IMG/VR virus record: IMGVR_UViG_3300046385_000041
Location: 1 to 60,150 of that record
Origin: a virus
Lineage: Duplodnaviria > Caudoviricetes
Length of the DNA stretch: 60,150 bases
Direction: 5' to 3' (one strand)
Shown: positions 10,708-19,353 of the stretch, in pieces
Numbering within the stretch: position 1 is the stretch's first letter
Layout of the letters: each line of letters opens with the position of its first letter
Notes under the pieces: model-generated
Database searches by the model: none
Told to the model about the DNA's origin: nothing
The model's input: only the letters and a program-made list of their open reading frames with translations
Made by a program: the position numbers and the translations under genes

Positions 10708-11166
10708 ATGCAATTATCTAAAAACCTATCATTAGCCGAAATGATTATTAGTGCAGAGGCAAAAAGAAAAGGTATATCTAATATGCCAAGCGATGACCAT
10801 TTAGCTAATATGAAAAAGTTAGCCATTAATATATTCCAACCTATTAGAGATCATTTTAAAGAGCCAATACATATATCTTCAGGTTATAGAAGCTTAGCCT
10901 TAAACAAAGCAATAAAAGGCGCTGCATCAAGTCAACACTGTTCAGGAGAAGCTATGGATATAGATATGGACGGTACAACAATATCAAATGCTCAAATTTT
11001 TGATTATATTAAAAAGAATTTAAACTTTGATCAATTAATATGGGAATTTGGTACAGATGCAAATCCTGATTGGGTGCATGTATCATACGAATCAACTGGT
11101 AAGCAAAGAAAACAAATACTTAAAGCAATAAAGAAAAATGGCAAAGCGTCTTATATTAATTATTAG
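10708..11166 (+). CDS. Endolysin, peptidase M15 family
   Basis: SSGYRS, SQHxxGEAxD and WVHVS Zn-peptidase motifs. Confidence 0.9.
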   Translation: MQLSKNLSLAEMIISAEAKRKGISNMPSDDHLANMKKLAINIFQPIRDHFKEPIHISSGYRSLALNKAIKGAASSQHCSGEAMDIDMDGTTISNAQIFDYIKKNLNFDQLIWEFGTDANPDWVHVSYESTGKQRKQILKAIKKNGKASYINY

Positions 11167-11611
11167 TTTATTATTGTTTGTTTCTTGTGCATCAAGAAAG
11201 GTTGCAATAGTAAAAGAAGAAATTAAAACTGTTGTTGATAGTGTTGTAATTGTAAAAGTTGATGGTACTTATGTAAAAGAAAATAATGTAGTAACAGAGG
11301 ATTGCGAAGAAGAAATAGAATACAAACCTTTAGATACATTGAAGCCAATGGTTATTGATGGTAAACAATACGTCAATACCATTATAAAGTTAAAAAAGAA
11401 AAAAAGTATTAAGGTAGACAAAACCAAAGTAACAAGCAAAGTATCTTCTGTAAAAAAGTTAAATGTAAAAAGAGAAGATTCTAAAAAGTTAATTAATAAA
11501 AAAATTGACAAAAAAGCAAACTACTGGATGTATCTTTGGTTTTTAATACCTGTAGCTATTATAATTGTTTTAGAAAAATACGGTAGGCCACTGTTTACCT
11601 TAAGCAGGTAA
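11138..11611 (+). CDS. Putative unimolecular spanin
   Basis: Lipoprotein signal (FVSC lipobox) plus C-terminal TM helix, overlapping the endolysin gene. Confidence 0.65.
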   Translation: MAKRLILIISLLLFVSCASRKVAIVKEEIKTVVDSVVIVKVDGTYVKENNVVTEDCEEEIEYKPLDTLKPMVIDGKQYVNTIIKLKKKKSIKVDKTKVTSKVSSVKKLNVKREDSKKLINKKIDKKANYWMYLWFLIPVAIIIVLEKYGRPLFTLSR

Positions 11612-11625
11612 GATTATCGTAAAAC

Positions 11626-11642
11626 ATGTAATATATAAACTA
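11626..11642 (+). promoter_or_regulatory. Putative late promoter motif (GTAATA-type)
   Basis: ATGTAATATATAAACTA; similar motif at 15243, 25400, 31231, all in intergenic gaps. Confidence 0.45.
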
Positions 11643-11665
11643 TATCAATTTAATCAAATAAAATT

Positions 11666-13210
11666 ATGTCAGACGCTATAGTCAAAAATTTAAGCTTCGG
11701 AAAAGAAGCAAGCGACAAAGTGTTCGCTGGAATAGAAAAGCTAGCTAAAGCAGTTAGCTCTACGTTAGGGGCAAGCGGTAAGTGTGTTCTTTTAGAAGAC
11801 GCTGCTGGAAGACCTGTAATTACAAAAGATGGTGTATCAGTTGCAGATTCAATTATTTTGTTAGATCCTGTTGAAAATATGGGTGCAACATTATTAAAAG
11901 AGGCAGCTAGAAAAACAGTTAGAGAAGCAGGAGATGGAACAACAACCGCTACAGTATTAGCGCATTCAATTTTAAAGAATGCTTATGCTGTTGAAAATCC
12001 TAATGCCAGAGAAATTAAAGAAGGAATCAATACAGGTATTGAAAATGTAATTAAGTACCTTGATAGCGTATCAATAAAGGTTGATGATAAAATGCTTGAT
12101 CAAATAGCCACTATATCAACTAATAATGATCCTGAATTAGGTAAGTTAGTTGGAGATGCTTTCAGATCAGTAGGTAACACGGGAATTGTTATGATGGAAA
12201 CATCAGTAGAGCCTGATTGTAGCTTACAAGTAGTTGAAGGTGTTCAATGTGATATGGGATTAACTAATACGCATTTCATTACCAATCAAAAAAATAAAAC
12301 AGCAGAATTAGATAATCCATTAGTATTACTAGTTGAATCTCCAATTGAAAGCATAAGACAAATTCAATCAGTATTAGAGTTTGTTATAAAGAATAATAAA
12401 TCATTACTTATTATTGCTGATTTAGATCAAACGGTATTGTCAGCATTGGCAATGAACAAATCAAAAGGTAACATAAAAGTAAACGTTATCAACGCGCCAA
12501 CATACGGAATTAATAGAAAAGAGATCTTTGACGATCTTGCTTTATTGACAGGTGCTACATTAATAAACGAAGACTTAGGTGACGACTTAGATTTAATACA
12601 GCCAGAATTATTAGGTTCATGTATTAAGAGTGTTACAAACCACGAAGAGACTATCCTACACGTCGGTGAAACTAAGCCGGAAGTTTTGGAAATTATTGAT
12701 GAAGTTAAAAAGTCATTGACTGAAAACTTACAAAGTAATACTGTAATTAAACTAGAAAAAAGATTAGCGCGTTTAACAGCTAAAATAGCTATTGTTAAAG
12801 TTGGAGCTAACTCAGAAATAGAATTAAAAGAAAAAGCAGATAGAATTGAAGATGCAATCTGCGCAACAAAAGCCGCTATTAAAGAAGGTATTGTTCCAGG
12901 AGGAGGTATTGCATTATTAAATGCATCATATAATGTAGACGCTAAAACATTAGGCGAAGAAATATTATTAGATTCAATTAGAGCACCATTTAATACTATA
13001 TTAGAGAATGCTGGTATTGATGTTGTTTCATTAGATCCGGTATCTAAAACAGGTTATGGTCTTAATGTAATAACAAACAAGACTGTTAATATGATTGAAG
13101 CTGGTATTATTGATCCGTTATTAGTTACTAAAAGCGCTTTAAGAAATGCTGGATCAGTAGCTACAACAATTCTGTCAACTGATTGCGTAATCAATAATAT
13201 GAGAATGTAA
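11666..13210 (+). CDS. groEL: Phage chaperonin GroEL
   Basis: ITKDGV, GDGTTTA, RIEDA, GIVPGGG, GIIDP motifs; no GGM tail. Confidence 0.97.
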   Translation: MSDAIVKNLSFGKEASDKVFAGIEKLAKAVSSTLGASGKCVLLEDAAGRPVITKDGVSVADSIILLDPVENMGATLLKEAARKTVREAGDGTTTATVLAHSILKNAYAVENPNAREIKEGINTGIENVIKYLDSVSIKVDDKMLDQIATISTNNDPELGKLVGDAFRSVGNTGIVMMETSVEPDCSLQVVEGVQCDMGLTNTHFITNQKNKTAELDNPLVLLVESPIESIRQIQSVLEFVIKNNKSLLIIADLDQTVLSALAMNKSKGNIKVNVINAPTYGINRKEIFDDLALLTGATLINEDLGDDLDLIQPELLGSCIKSVTNHEETILHVGETKPEVLEIIDEVKKSLTENLQSNTVIKLEKRLARLTAKIAIVKVGANSEIELKEKADRIEDAICATKAAIKEGIVPGGGIALLNASYNVDAKTLGEEILLDSIRAPFNTILENAGIDVVSLDPVSKTGYGLNVITNKTVNMIEAGIIDPLLVTKSALRNAGSVATTILSTDCVINNMRM

Positions 13211-13470
13211 TGAGAGCAGTAGGTAAGAATTTAGTTATACAAAAAATAAAAGAAGGTACAACTGCTACAAAAGGCGGTTTACTTCTAGCAGAAAGCCAGC
13301 GAGATGATATTAGATATATTGAAGGAAAAGTGCTTCATGTTGGTAGTGAAGTGGTTGGAGTTAAAGAACTCGATACTATATTTTATGATAGACATGCTGG
13401 GCATAAAATAGAATACAATAAAGAAACATACTATATTATCAAACTAACTGATGTAGTCGTTGTGTTATGA
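13210..13470 (+). CDS. groES: Co-chaperonin GroES
   Basis: TKGGLLL mobile loop, GKVLHVG; directly after groEL. Confidence 0.9.
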   Translation: MRAVGKNLVIQKIKEGTTATKGGLLLAESQRDDIRYIEGKVLHVGSEVVGVKELDTIFYDRHAGHKIEYNKETYYIIKLTDVVVVL

Positions 13471-13925
13471 TAAGGCTTGATGCTTCCGATGTTAAAGAAC
13501 TTGGGTTATTAAAACATTATAGGATTATACGCAGATGGGCATGTAGGAACAATGATTTGACGGATGCTGATTTAGAATTGCTAATCTATTTTGATTGCAT
13601 GGATTTCTTTACAAAACAAGATTATAAGATAGGTACTTATGCATATAGTTGGGACAATAAACGCTGGAACAATTTATTAAAAGAAGGTTGGATCGTGGTA
13701 TGGAGACCCAGAAACCACACAACTCAAAAATATAATATATATAAAGTTTCATTCAAGTGTAAACAACTAATAAGCAAGATGTACCGTATAATGCTTGGTA
13801 AGGAAGATATACCAACAAGTAGTAGAAATACTATAATGAAAGGAAAAACATACACAGACACAGTAATGATTACTGCAATAGAAAATACTAACAAAGACAA
13901 AACAAGACACAGTTATGATAAATGA
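13467..13925 (+). CDS. Hypothetical protein (possible winged-helix)
   Basis: LTDADLELLIY...NLLKEGWI...YKVS pattern. Confidence 0.55.
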   Translation: MIRLDASDVKELGLLKHYRIIRRWACRNNDLTDADLELLIYFDCMDFFTKQDYKIGTYAYSWDNKRWNNLLKEGWIVVWRPRNHTTQKYNIYKVSFKCKQLISKMYRIMLGKEDIPTSSRNTIMKGKTYTDTVMITAIENTNKDKTRHSYDK

Positions 13926-14160
13926 CGTATACAACAACCAAGCGGTTGATATTATGGCGGGTGAACCTACTCCGGGAAACCCCGCAACTATGCAGCCAAA
14001 CGGAATTAACCCACAGGCATTTACAAATCAAGGTGCAATAGACAGTATGTTTGGTCAAGCTAATCCGGGAACTTTCACAAGATCCGTAGGTATCAACCCT
14101 CCAGCCGGAGTTGCTCAATCAATTGTACCACCTTACGACTTAAACAACCAACAATTATGA
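13915..14160 (+). CDS. Small hypothetical protein
   Basis: Overlapping start/stop chain. Confidence 0.55.
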   Translation: MINDVYNNQAVDIMAGEPTPGNPATMQPNGINPQAFTNQGAIDSMFGQANPGTFTRSVGINPPAGVAQSIVPPYDLNNQQL

Positions 14161-14375
14161 AATTAGACGCAAGAAAACATCCAATGACTCCTTTTGATAA
14201 GGAAGCTGCTTTATCAGGAGTTGGAGCCAACGCTATTTGGGACGGTCCACTAGACACTACAGCTTTACCAAAAGGTATGGGATCAAGTAGCGGTAAAGAT
14301 GGTATTATACTTAATAACATTAAACCACAATACAATGCTCAGCCAATTACGCAAAGAGCAAAACCTAAATTCTAG
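14157..14375 (+). CDS. Small hypothetical protein
   Basis: ATGA overlap with previous ORF. Confidence 0.6.
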   Translation: MKLDARKHPMTPFDKEAALSGVGANAIWDGPLDTTALPKGMGSSSGKDGIILNNIKPQYNAQPITQRAKPKF

Positions 14376-14378
14376 GCT

Positions 14379-14762
14379 ATGTCTTTAGATATAGTAAAGA
14401 AAAATAGTAGCTCTCCTTTTCAACTACAAAGAAGTATGGTTGATCAAGGAGGAGCTGGAGGAGCATACGAATCAGGAGGGTATAATCCAGACGCAGTTTA
14501 TAATAATGATGCAGCTAATGCAGCTGTTGAATCATTAGGCAAAGTTGTTGGAGCAGCCATATATGCAAAGAGCCAAGAGAAAAAAGAAAAAGATCCTAAG
14601 GTTGCTGAGCAGAATGCTATTAAATCGGAAGCAAGCAAAACCTTTAAAGTTAAGAAAGATTCCGAATTATTCAATGCTTCAAAGACATTTAAAAGCAATC
14701 AGCAAGCAACGGACGAAGTTGTTAGCAATTGGAATTCATCTAAAAAAATAACTAAAAAATAA
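14379..14762 (+). CDS. Small low-complexity protein
   Basis: SSPFQL motif; operon spacing. Confidence 0.55.
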   Translation: MSLDIVKKNSSSPFQLQRSMVDQGGAGGAYESGGYNPDAVYNNDAANAAVESLGKVVGAAIYAKSQEKKEKDPKVAEQNAIKSEASKTFKVKKDSELFNASKTFKSNQQATDEVVSNWNSSKKITKK

Positions 14763-14769
14763 AAGCATT

Positions 14770-14922
14770 ATGGCAATTAAAAAGAAAATTGTAGAAAAAG
14801 CAACTGGAGAAAAATATGCATCTAAAGCTGCTATGGCTAAGCACGAAAAAAAAGAGTCTAAGTCAATGCAGAAAAAAGAAGCTATGAAAGGTAAGTCTCC
14901 TGCTAAAATGAAAAAATGCTAA
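14770..14922 (+). CDS. Small Lys-rich protein (50 aa, ends KSPAKMKKC), absent from the ORF track
   Basis: ATG 14770 to TAA 14922 fills the gap. Confidence 0.65.
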   Translation: MAIKKKIVEKATGEKYASKAAMAKHEKKESKSMQKKEAMKGKSPAKMKKC

Positions 14923-14923
14923 T

Positions 14924-15238
14924 ATGGCATTTATAATGAAGGGATCTCCGTACAACGCGGTTAATACCCCTATTTATAGTGTTGATATGGATGATAACAT
15001 TTTAGGTATGGCTCAGAATAATGGAACTATACTTGTAAACAAAAATGTTTCTCCATTAGAATTAAAGAAAAGCAAAACCGTAGAGCATGAGATGGTGCAC
15101 ATCGACCAAATGAAAAGGGGTGATTTAGATTATACTGATTCTCATGTTATATGGAAAGGCAAAAAATATGCAAGAGCATCTATGAAAGAAGGCAATAAGA
15201 AATTACCTTGGGAGATGGAAGCTTATAAAAAGCAGTAA
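14924..15238 (+). CDS. Small zincin-like metalloprotease
   Basis: HEMVH (HExxH) plus downstream PWEMEAY glutamate. Confidence 0.7.
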   Translation: MAFIMKGSPYNAVNTPIYSVDMDDNILGMAQNNGTILVNKNVSPLELKKSKTVEHEMVHIDQMKRGDLDYTDSHVIWKGKKYARASMKEGNKKLPWEMEAYKKQ

Positions 15239-15242
15239 TTAC

Positions 15243-15259
15243 ACGTAATACTAATAATA
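15243..15259 (+). promoter_or_regulatory. Putative late promoter motif
   Basis: ACGTAATACTAATAATA, recurring intergenic motif. Confidence 0.5.
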
Positions 15260-15273
15260 AATAAAGACATAAA

Positions 15274-15783
15274 ATGGCATTTACACAAAAACCAGGAAGA
15301 ACTCCTTTCTTAAAAACAGGTAATGGTCTTCCGTCAGCATTAAGACAAATTAACGGTGAAGATAAAAAAGGTAACCCTAATGGTTATAATCCAAAAACAT
15401 CTCCAGTGCCAAACGCTGAAAATAAAGGAGCATACGAAAAAACATTAGATAAAACTAAAACCAATATTTTTCTAAGAGGTGGCGATAAAAAAATCATCAA
15501 GTCTGCTAGAATTGGATCAAAAGATGCTGAAGCTATTGAAAACGAATACACTAAAGTAAAAGCTGATACTGAATCTAGAAGAAAAGAAAACTCAAACTTC
15601 TTGAATTCTAGAATGACTACTGGAGAAACTGCGGATAAAAATCTTAAGTCTCCAATGAAACAAAAGGTTAGCAAGAAAACCGCTTACGATATTAAAGAAG
15701 CAAGCAACCAAAAATTAAAGCCAGGCGCTAGAAAACATTACGCTGAGAATGCTCAAGCAGCAATGAAAAATAAAAAGAAATAA
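15274..15783 (+). CDS. Basic low-complexity protein (possible internal head protein)
   Basis: Lys-rich; KSPMKQ motif. Confidence 0.55.
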   Translation: MAFTQKPGRTPFLKTGNGLPSALRQINGEDKKGNPNGYNPKTSPVPNAENKGAYEKTLDKTKTNIFLRGGDKKIIKSARIGSKDAEAIENEYTKVKADTESRRKENSNFLNSRMTTGETADKNLKSPMKQKVSKKTAYDIKEASNQKLKPGARKHYAENAQAAMKNKKK

Positions 15784-15809
15784 ATTAATAAACAATTAAA
15801 TTAAATAAA

Positions 15810-16079
15810 ATGTCAGAAACAAAAAAGATTACAGCCGAACAATTAGAAACACTTGTTAAAACGCAAAGAGAACTTAACGAAATATTAGTGAACGTAGGGG
15901 TTTTAGAATCACAAAAGCACGGTTTATTACATCAGTTAGCTGAAGTTAATAAAACTAGCGAAGAATTCAAAGCTGAACTGCAAGAGCAATACGGATCTAT
16001 CAATATTAACTTAGAGGATGGTTCTTATACATTGGCAGAGGAGAATAAAGAAGAGCCTGCTAAGCTTGACATAGTGTAA
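15810..16079 (+). CDS. Coiled-coil hypothetical protein
   Basis: Heptad pattern followed by YGSININLEDGSY. Confidence 0.65.
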   Translation: MSETKKITAEQLETLVKTQRELNEILVNVGVLESQKHGLLHQLAEVNKTSEEFKAELQEQYGSININLEDGSYTLAEENKEEPAKLDIV

Positions 16080-16081
16080 TA

Positions 16082-16309
16082 ATGGAAGCAGTTATTAGGA
16101 AGATAAGTATTGGTACGGACTATAAGAACGAGGCAATGCACTATTCCATCGGACAACAAGTGTACGGAGGTCATGAGATTGCTTATATAAAGTCAGATCA
16201 AATTGATTCTTCTTATAACATTTATATAAAAAAAGGAGACGAAGTTATGCCTTGGAAAAAATTTAATTCCAACATGGCCATCTCTGTGGAATACGATTTG
16301 GAATATTAA
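16082..16309 (+). CDS. Hypothetical protein
   Basis: Operon spacing. Confidence 0.65.
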   Translation: MEAVIRKISIGTDYKNEAMHYSIGQQVYGGHEIAYIKSDQIDSSYNIYIKKGDEVMPWKKFNSNMAISVEYDLEY

Positions 16310-16917
16310 TGAAAAGTGTATTTAATTTTATCGTTAAGCCTGTTGGTGAAAGATACGATAATAAAATTAAAGTAGGAGACAAAGAGCTTATACTAAATAC
16401 TAAAATAGAAAGTTTTAAATCTGTGAATAACTTAGCGGAGGTAATATCTACCCCGCTAGCTTATTCAACTGACATAAAAGTTGGTGATATTATTGTTATA
16501 CATCATAATGTTTTTAGAAGATTCTATGACATTAGAGGTAATCAAAAGAATAGTAGAGCTTTTTTTATGGATGATTTATACTTCTGTGATTTAGACCAAA
16601 TTTATTTATATAAGTCTGATGACAAATGGAAGACATTTGGTGACAGATGTTTTATAAAGCCATTAAAAAATAATGACCATTTAAAGCTTGATAAAGAACA
16701 AAAGCTTATTGGTATATTAAAATACGGAAATAACTCCTTAGAAGCGATGAAAATCAACAAAGGAGATCTTGTAGGTTATACTCCTTATGGTGAATTTGAT
16801 TTTATCATAGAAGGGGAGCGCCTTTATTGTATGAAATCTAATGATATTGTAATTAAGTATGAACGTAAAGGAGACGAAGCAATCTATAATCCAAGCTGGG
16901 CACAAAGCGGTTCTTGA
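16309..16917 (+). CDS. Tandem GroES-like fold protein
   Basis: Two halves each with (F/C)xIKP...(V/K)GD(I/L)(I/V); second ends IEGERLYCMKSNDI like the GroES C-terminus. Confidence 0.6.
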   Translation: MKSVFNFIVKPVGERYDNKIKVGDKELILNTKIESFKSVNNLAEVISTPLAYSTDIKVGDIIVIHHNVFRRFYDIRGNQKNSRAFFMDDLYFCDLDQIYLYKSDDKWKTFGDRCFIKPLKNNDHLKLDKEQKLIGILKYGNNSLEAMKINKGDLVGYTPYGEFDFIIEGERLYCMKSNDIVIKYERKGDEAIYNPSWAQSGS

Positions 16918-17134
16918 ATTAATCAAGGTTGCTGAAGAAGCTATTTTGGATAACGGTGAAGACGATTTGTCTGCCGATAAATTAAAAAATGCTGCGGCTA
17001 CAAAAAAGCTAGCTATATTCGATGCTTTTGAAATATTAAGTCGCATTGAAGAAGAAGAAAAACTATTAGCAGAAGTAGATAAAGAAGCGGATACTAAAGT
17101 TTTTAAAGGGTTTGCAGAAGGGAGATCTAAATAA
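16859..17134 (+). CDS. Putative terminase small subunit
   Basis: Small helical protein coupled (TAATG) to TerL. Confidence 0.5.
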   Translation: MNVKETKQSIIQAGHKAVLELIKVAEEAILDNGEDDLSADKLKNAAATKKLAIFDAFEILSRIEEEEKLLAEVDKEADTKVFKGFAEGRSK

Positions 17135-19353
17135 TGTACGAGCAAACACTATATAAGATAATACCGGACTATATAAAGTCTAGTGTTATTAAACAGAATA
17201 ATCGCTTAAATAAGTGGAAATATGGATACAATAAAGACCATGATGTGGTTGTTATTAGTAAAACTGGAAAGATTGGTGAAGTCATTGAAATCCAGAATTT
17301 AAAGATAGCATTGCCATTAGCGGAGAACGCGTATTCAAGATCTGCTAAAAAAGAAGAACAGTATTGGGAGCAAATGGACTACCCAAAAGAAATAAGTAAA
17401 ATAAAAAGCACATTCGATTGGAATAAGCAACCAGATTCTTTTAAAGATAGATGGTATGATTACATCGACAGTGAGTTTAAATATAGAGAAGAAGGTTTAT
17501 TCTTCTACAACAATGGAGCTCCAACTTATATAACAGGTACACATTATATGTATTTGCAGTGGAGCAAGATTGATATTGGAGCACCCGATTATAGAGAATC
17601 GAATAGATTATTCTTTATATTCTGGGAAGCTTGTAAAGCCGATGTAAGATGTTACGGAATGTGCTATTTAAAGAATAGACGTTCTGGATTTTCATTTATG
17701 TCATCTGCTGAGTTGGTTAATCAAGCAACTATATCTAGTGATTCCAGATTTGGTATATTATCAAAGTCTGGAGCTGATGCCAAGAAAATGTTTACAGACA
17801 AGGTTGTACCTATATCTATTAATTATCCGTTCTTTTTCAAACCTATCCAGGACGGTATGGATAGACCTAAAACAGAATTAGCATATAGAATACCAGCATC
17901 TAAATTAACAAGAAAGAAGTTAGATTCTAACGACAAAGTTGAAGAGATGGATGGCTTGGATACAACTATTGACTGGAAAAACACAGGAGATAACAGTTAT
18001 GATGGTGAAAAATTAAAACTGTTAGTTCATGATGAGAGTGGGAAATGGGAAAAACCAGATAATATATTAAATAACTGGCGCGTTACAAAAACGTGTTTAC
18101 GTTTAGGATCAAGAGTTATTGGTAAATGTATGATGGGTTCTACCTCGAATGCTTTGGACAAAGGAGGAGAGAATTTTAAAACACTTTATTACAATTCAGA
18201 TGTTACGAAAAGAAACCGCAATGGACAGACTAGTTCAGGATTATATAGTTTGTTCATACCTATGGAATGGTCGTACGAGGGATTCATTGATACTTATGGC
18301 TTACCTGTCTTCGACACTCCAGAAAAACCAATCAAAGGTGTTGACGGAAACGAAATAGAATACGGTGTTATTGAACACTGGCAAAATGAGGTAGATGGTT
18401 TAAAGTCTGATCAAGACGGATTAAACGAATACTATCGTCAGTTCCCAAGAACAGAGCAACATGCATTTCGTGACGAAACAAAACAATCTTTATTCAATCT
18501 TACAAAGATCTATGAACAAATAGATTACAATGAAGATTTACGTAATACAGAGGTTATTACAAGAGGTAGTTTTCAATGGGAAAACGGTATACCTGACACA
18601 AGAGTTATATTCTATCCTAATAAAGACGGAAGATTCCTAGTTTCTTGGATTCCGCCATATCACCTACAAAATAATGTTATTATTAAGAATGGGATAAAAT
18701 ATCCTGGCAACGAGCACTTAGGCGCGTTTGGATGTGACCCTTATGATATATCGGGTACAGTAGATGGAAAAGGATCTAATGGAGCATTAAGCGGACTTAC
18801 TAAGTTTTCAATGGATGATGTTCCACCTAATACATTCTTTTTAGAATACATTGCTAGGCCACAAACAGCTGAGATATTTTTTGAAGAAGTTTTGATGGCA
18901 TGCATATTTTATGGTATGCCAATACTAGCAGAAAATAACAAACCAAGATTACTATTTCATTTTAAAAGAAGAGGTTACAGAGGATTTTCTATGAACAGAC
19001 CTGATAAGGTTTGGAATAAACTATCTATAACAGAAAAGGATATTGGAGGAATACCAAACTCAAGTGAAGACATAAAGCAAGCTCACGCTGCTGCAATTGA
19101 ATCTTACATAGAAGATTTTGTTGGTTTCACTGAAAATGGTTATGGTAACATGTATTTCAATAAAACTTTAAATGATTGGTCTAGGTTTAATATAAATGAT
19201 CGAACAAAATATGATGCGGCTATTAGTTCAGGGTTAGCTATAATGGCGTGTAATAGAAATAGATATGTGCCAACAGCTCCTGTAAATAGACAGACATACA
19301 ACTTAGGAATTAAAAAATACGACAATACAGGTTCTTTATCAAAAATATACTAA
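17134..19353 (+). CDS. terL: Terminase large subunit
   Basis: Walker A KNRRSGFS, Walker B LVHDESGK, GSTS motif III, nuclease GCDPYD. Confidence 0.92.
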   Translation: MYEQTLYKIIPDYIKSSVIKQNNRLNKWKYGYNKDHDVVVISKTGKIGEVIEIQNLKIALPLAENAYSRSAKKEEQYWEQMDYPKEISKIKSTFDWNKQPDSFKDRWYDYIDSEFKYREEGLFFYNNGAPTYITGTHYMYLQWSKIDIGAPDYRESNRLFFIFWEACKADVRCYGMCYLKNRRSGFSFMSSAELVNQATISSDSRFGILSKSGADAKKMFTDKVVPISINYPFFFKPIQDGMDRPKTELAYRIPASKLTRKKLDSNDKVEEMDGLDTTIDWKNTGDNSYDGEKLKLLVHDESGKWEKPDNILNNWRVTKTCLRLGSRVIGKCMMGSTSNALDKGGENFKTLYYNSDVTKRNRNGQTSSGLYSLFIPMEWSYEGFIDTYGLPVFDTPEKPIKGVDGNEIEYGVIEHWQNEVDGLKSDQDGLNEYYRQFPRTEQHAFRDETKQSLFNLTKIYEQIDYNEDLRNTEVITRGSFQWENGIPDTRVIFYPNKDGRFLVSWIPPYHLQNNVIIKNGIKYPGNEHLGAFGCDPYDISGTVDGKGSNGALSGLTKFSMDDVPPNTFFLEYIARPQTAEIFFEEVLMACIFYGMPILAENNKPRLLFHFKRRGYRGFSMNRPDKVWNKLSITEKDIGGIPNSSEDIKQAHAAAIESYIEDFVGFTENGYGNMYFNKTLNDWSRFNINDRTKYDAAISSGLAIMACNRNRYVPTAPVNRQTYNLGIKKYDNTGSLSKIY

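Noticed and set aside
11666-13470. Host chromosome fragment or prophage boundary at groEL/groES
   Set aside because: Order is groEL then groES, sequences are divergent, there is no GGM tail, they are embedded in phage genes, and no integrase or att site is seen
17134-19353. Inteins or introns in TerL, NrdA or helicase
   Set aside because: Lengths are normal and no C...HN splice motifs or frame breaks are seen
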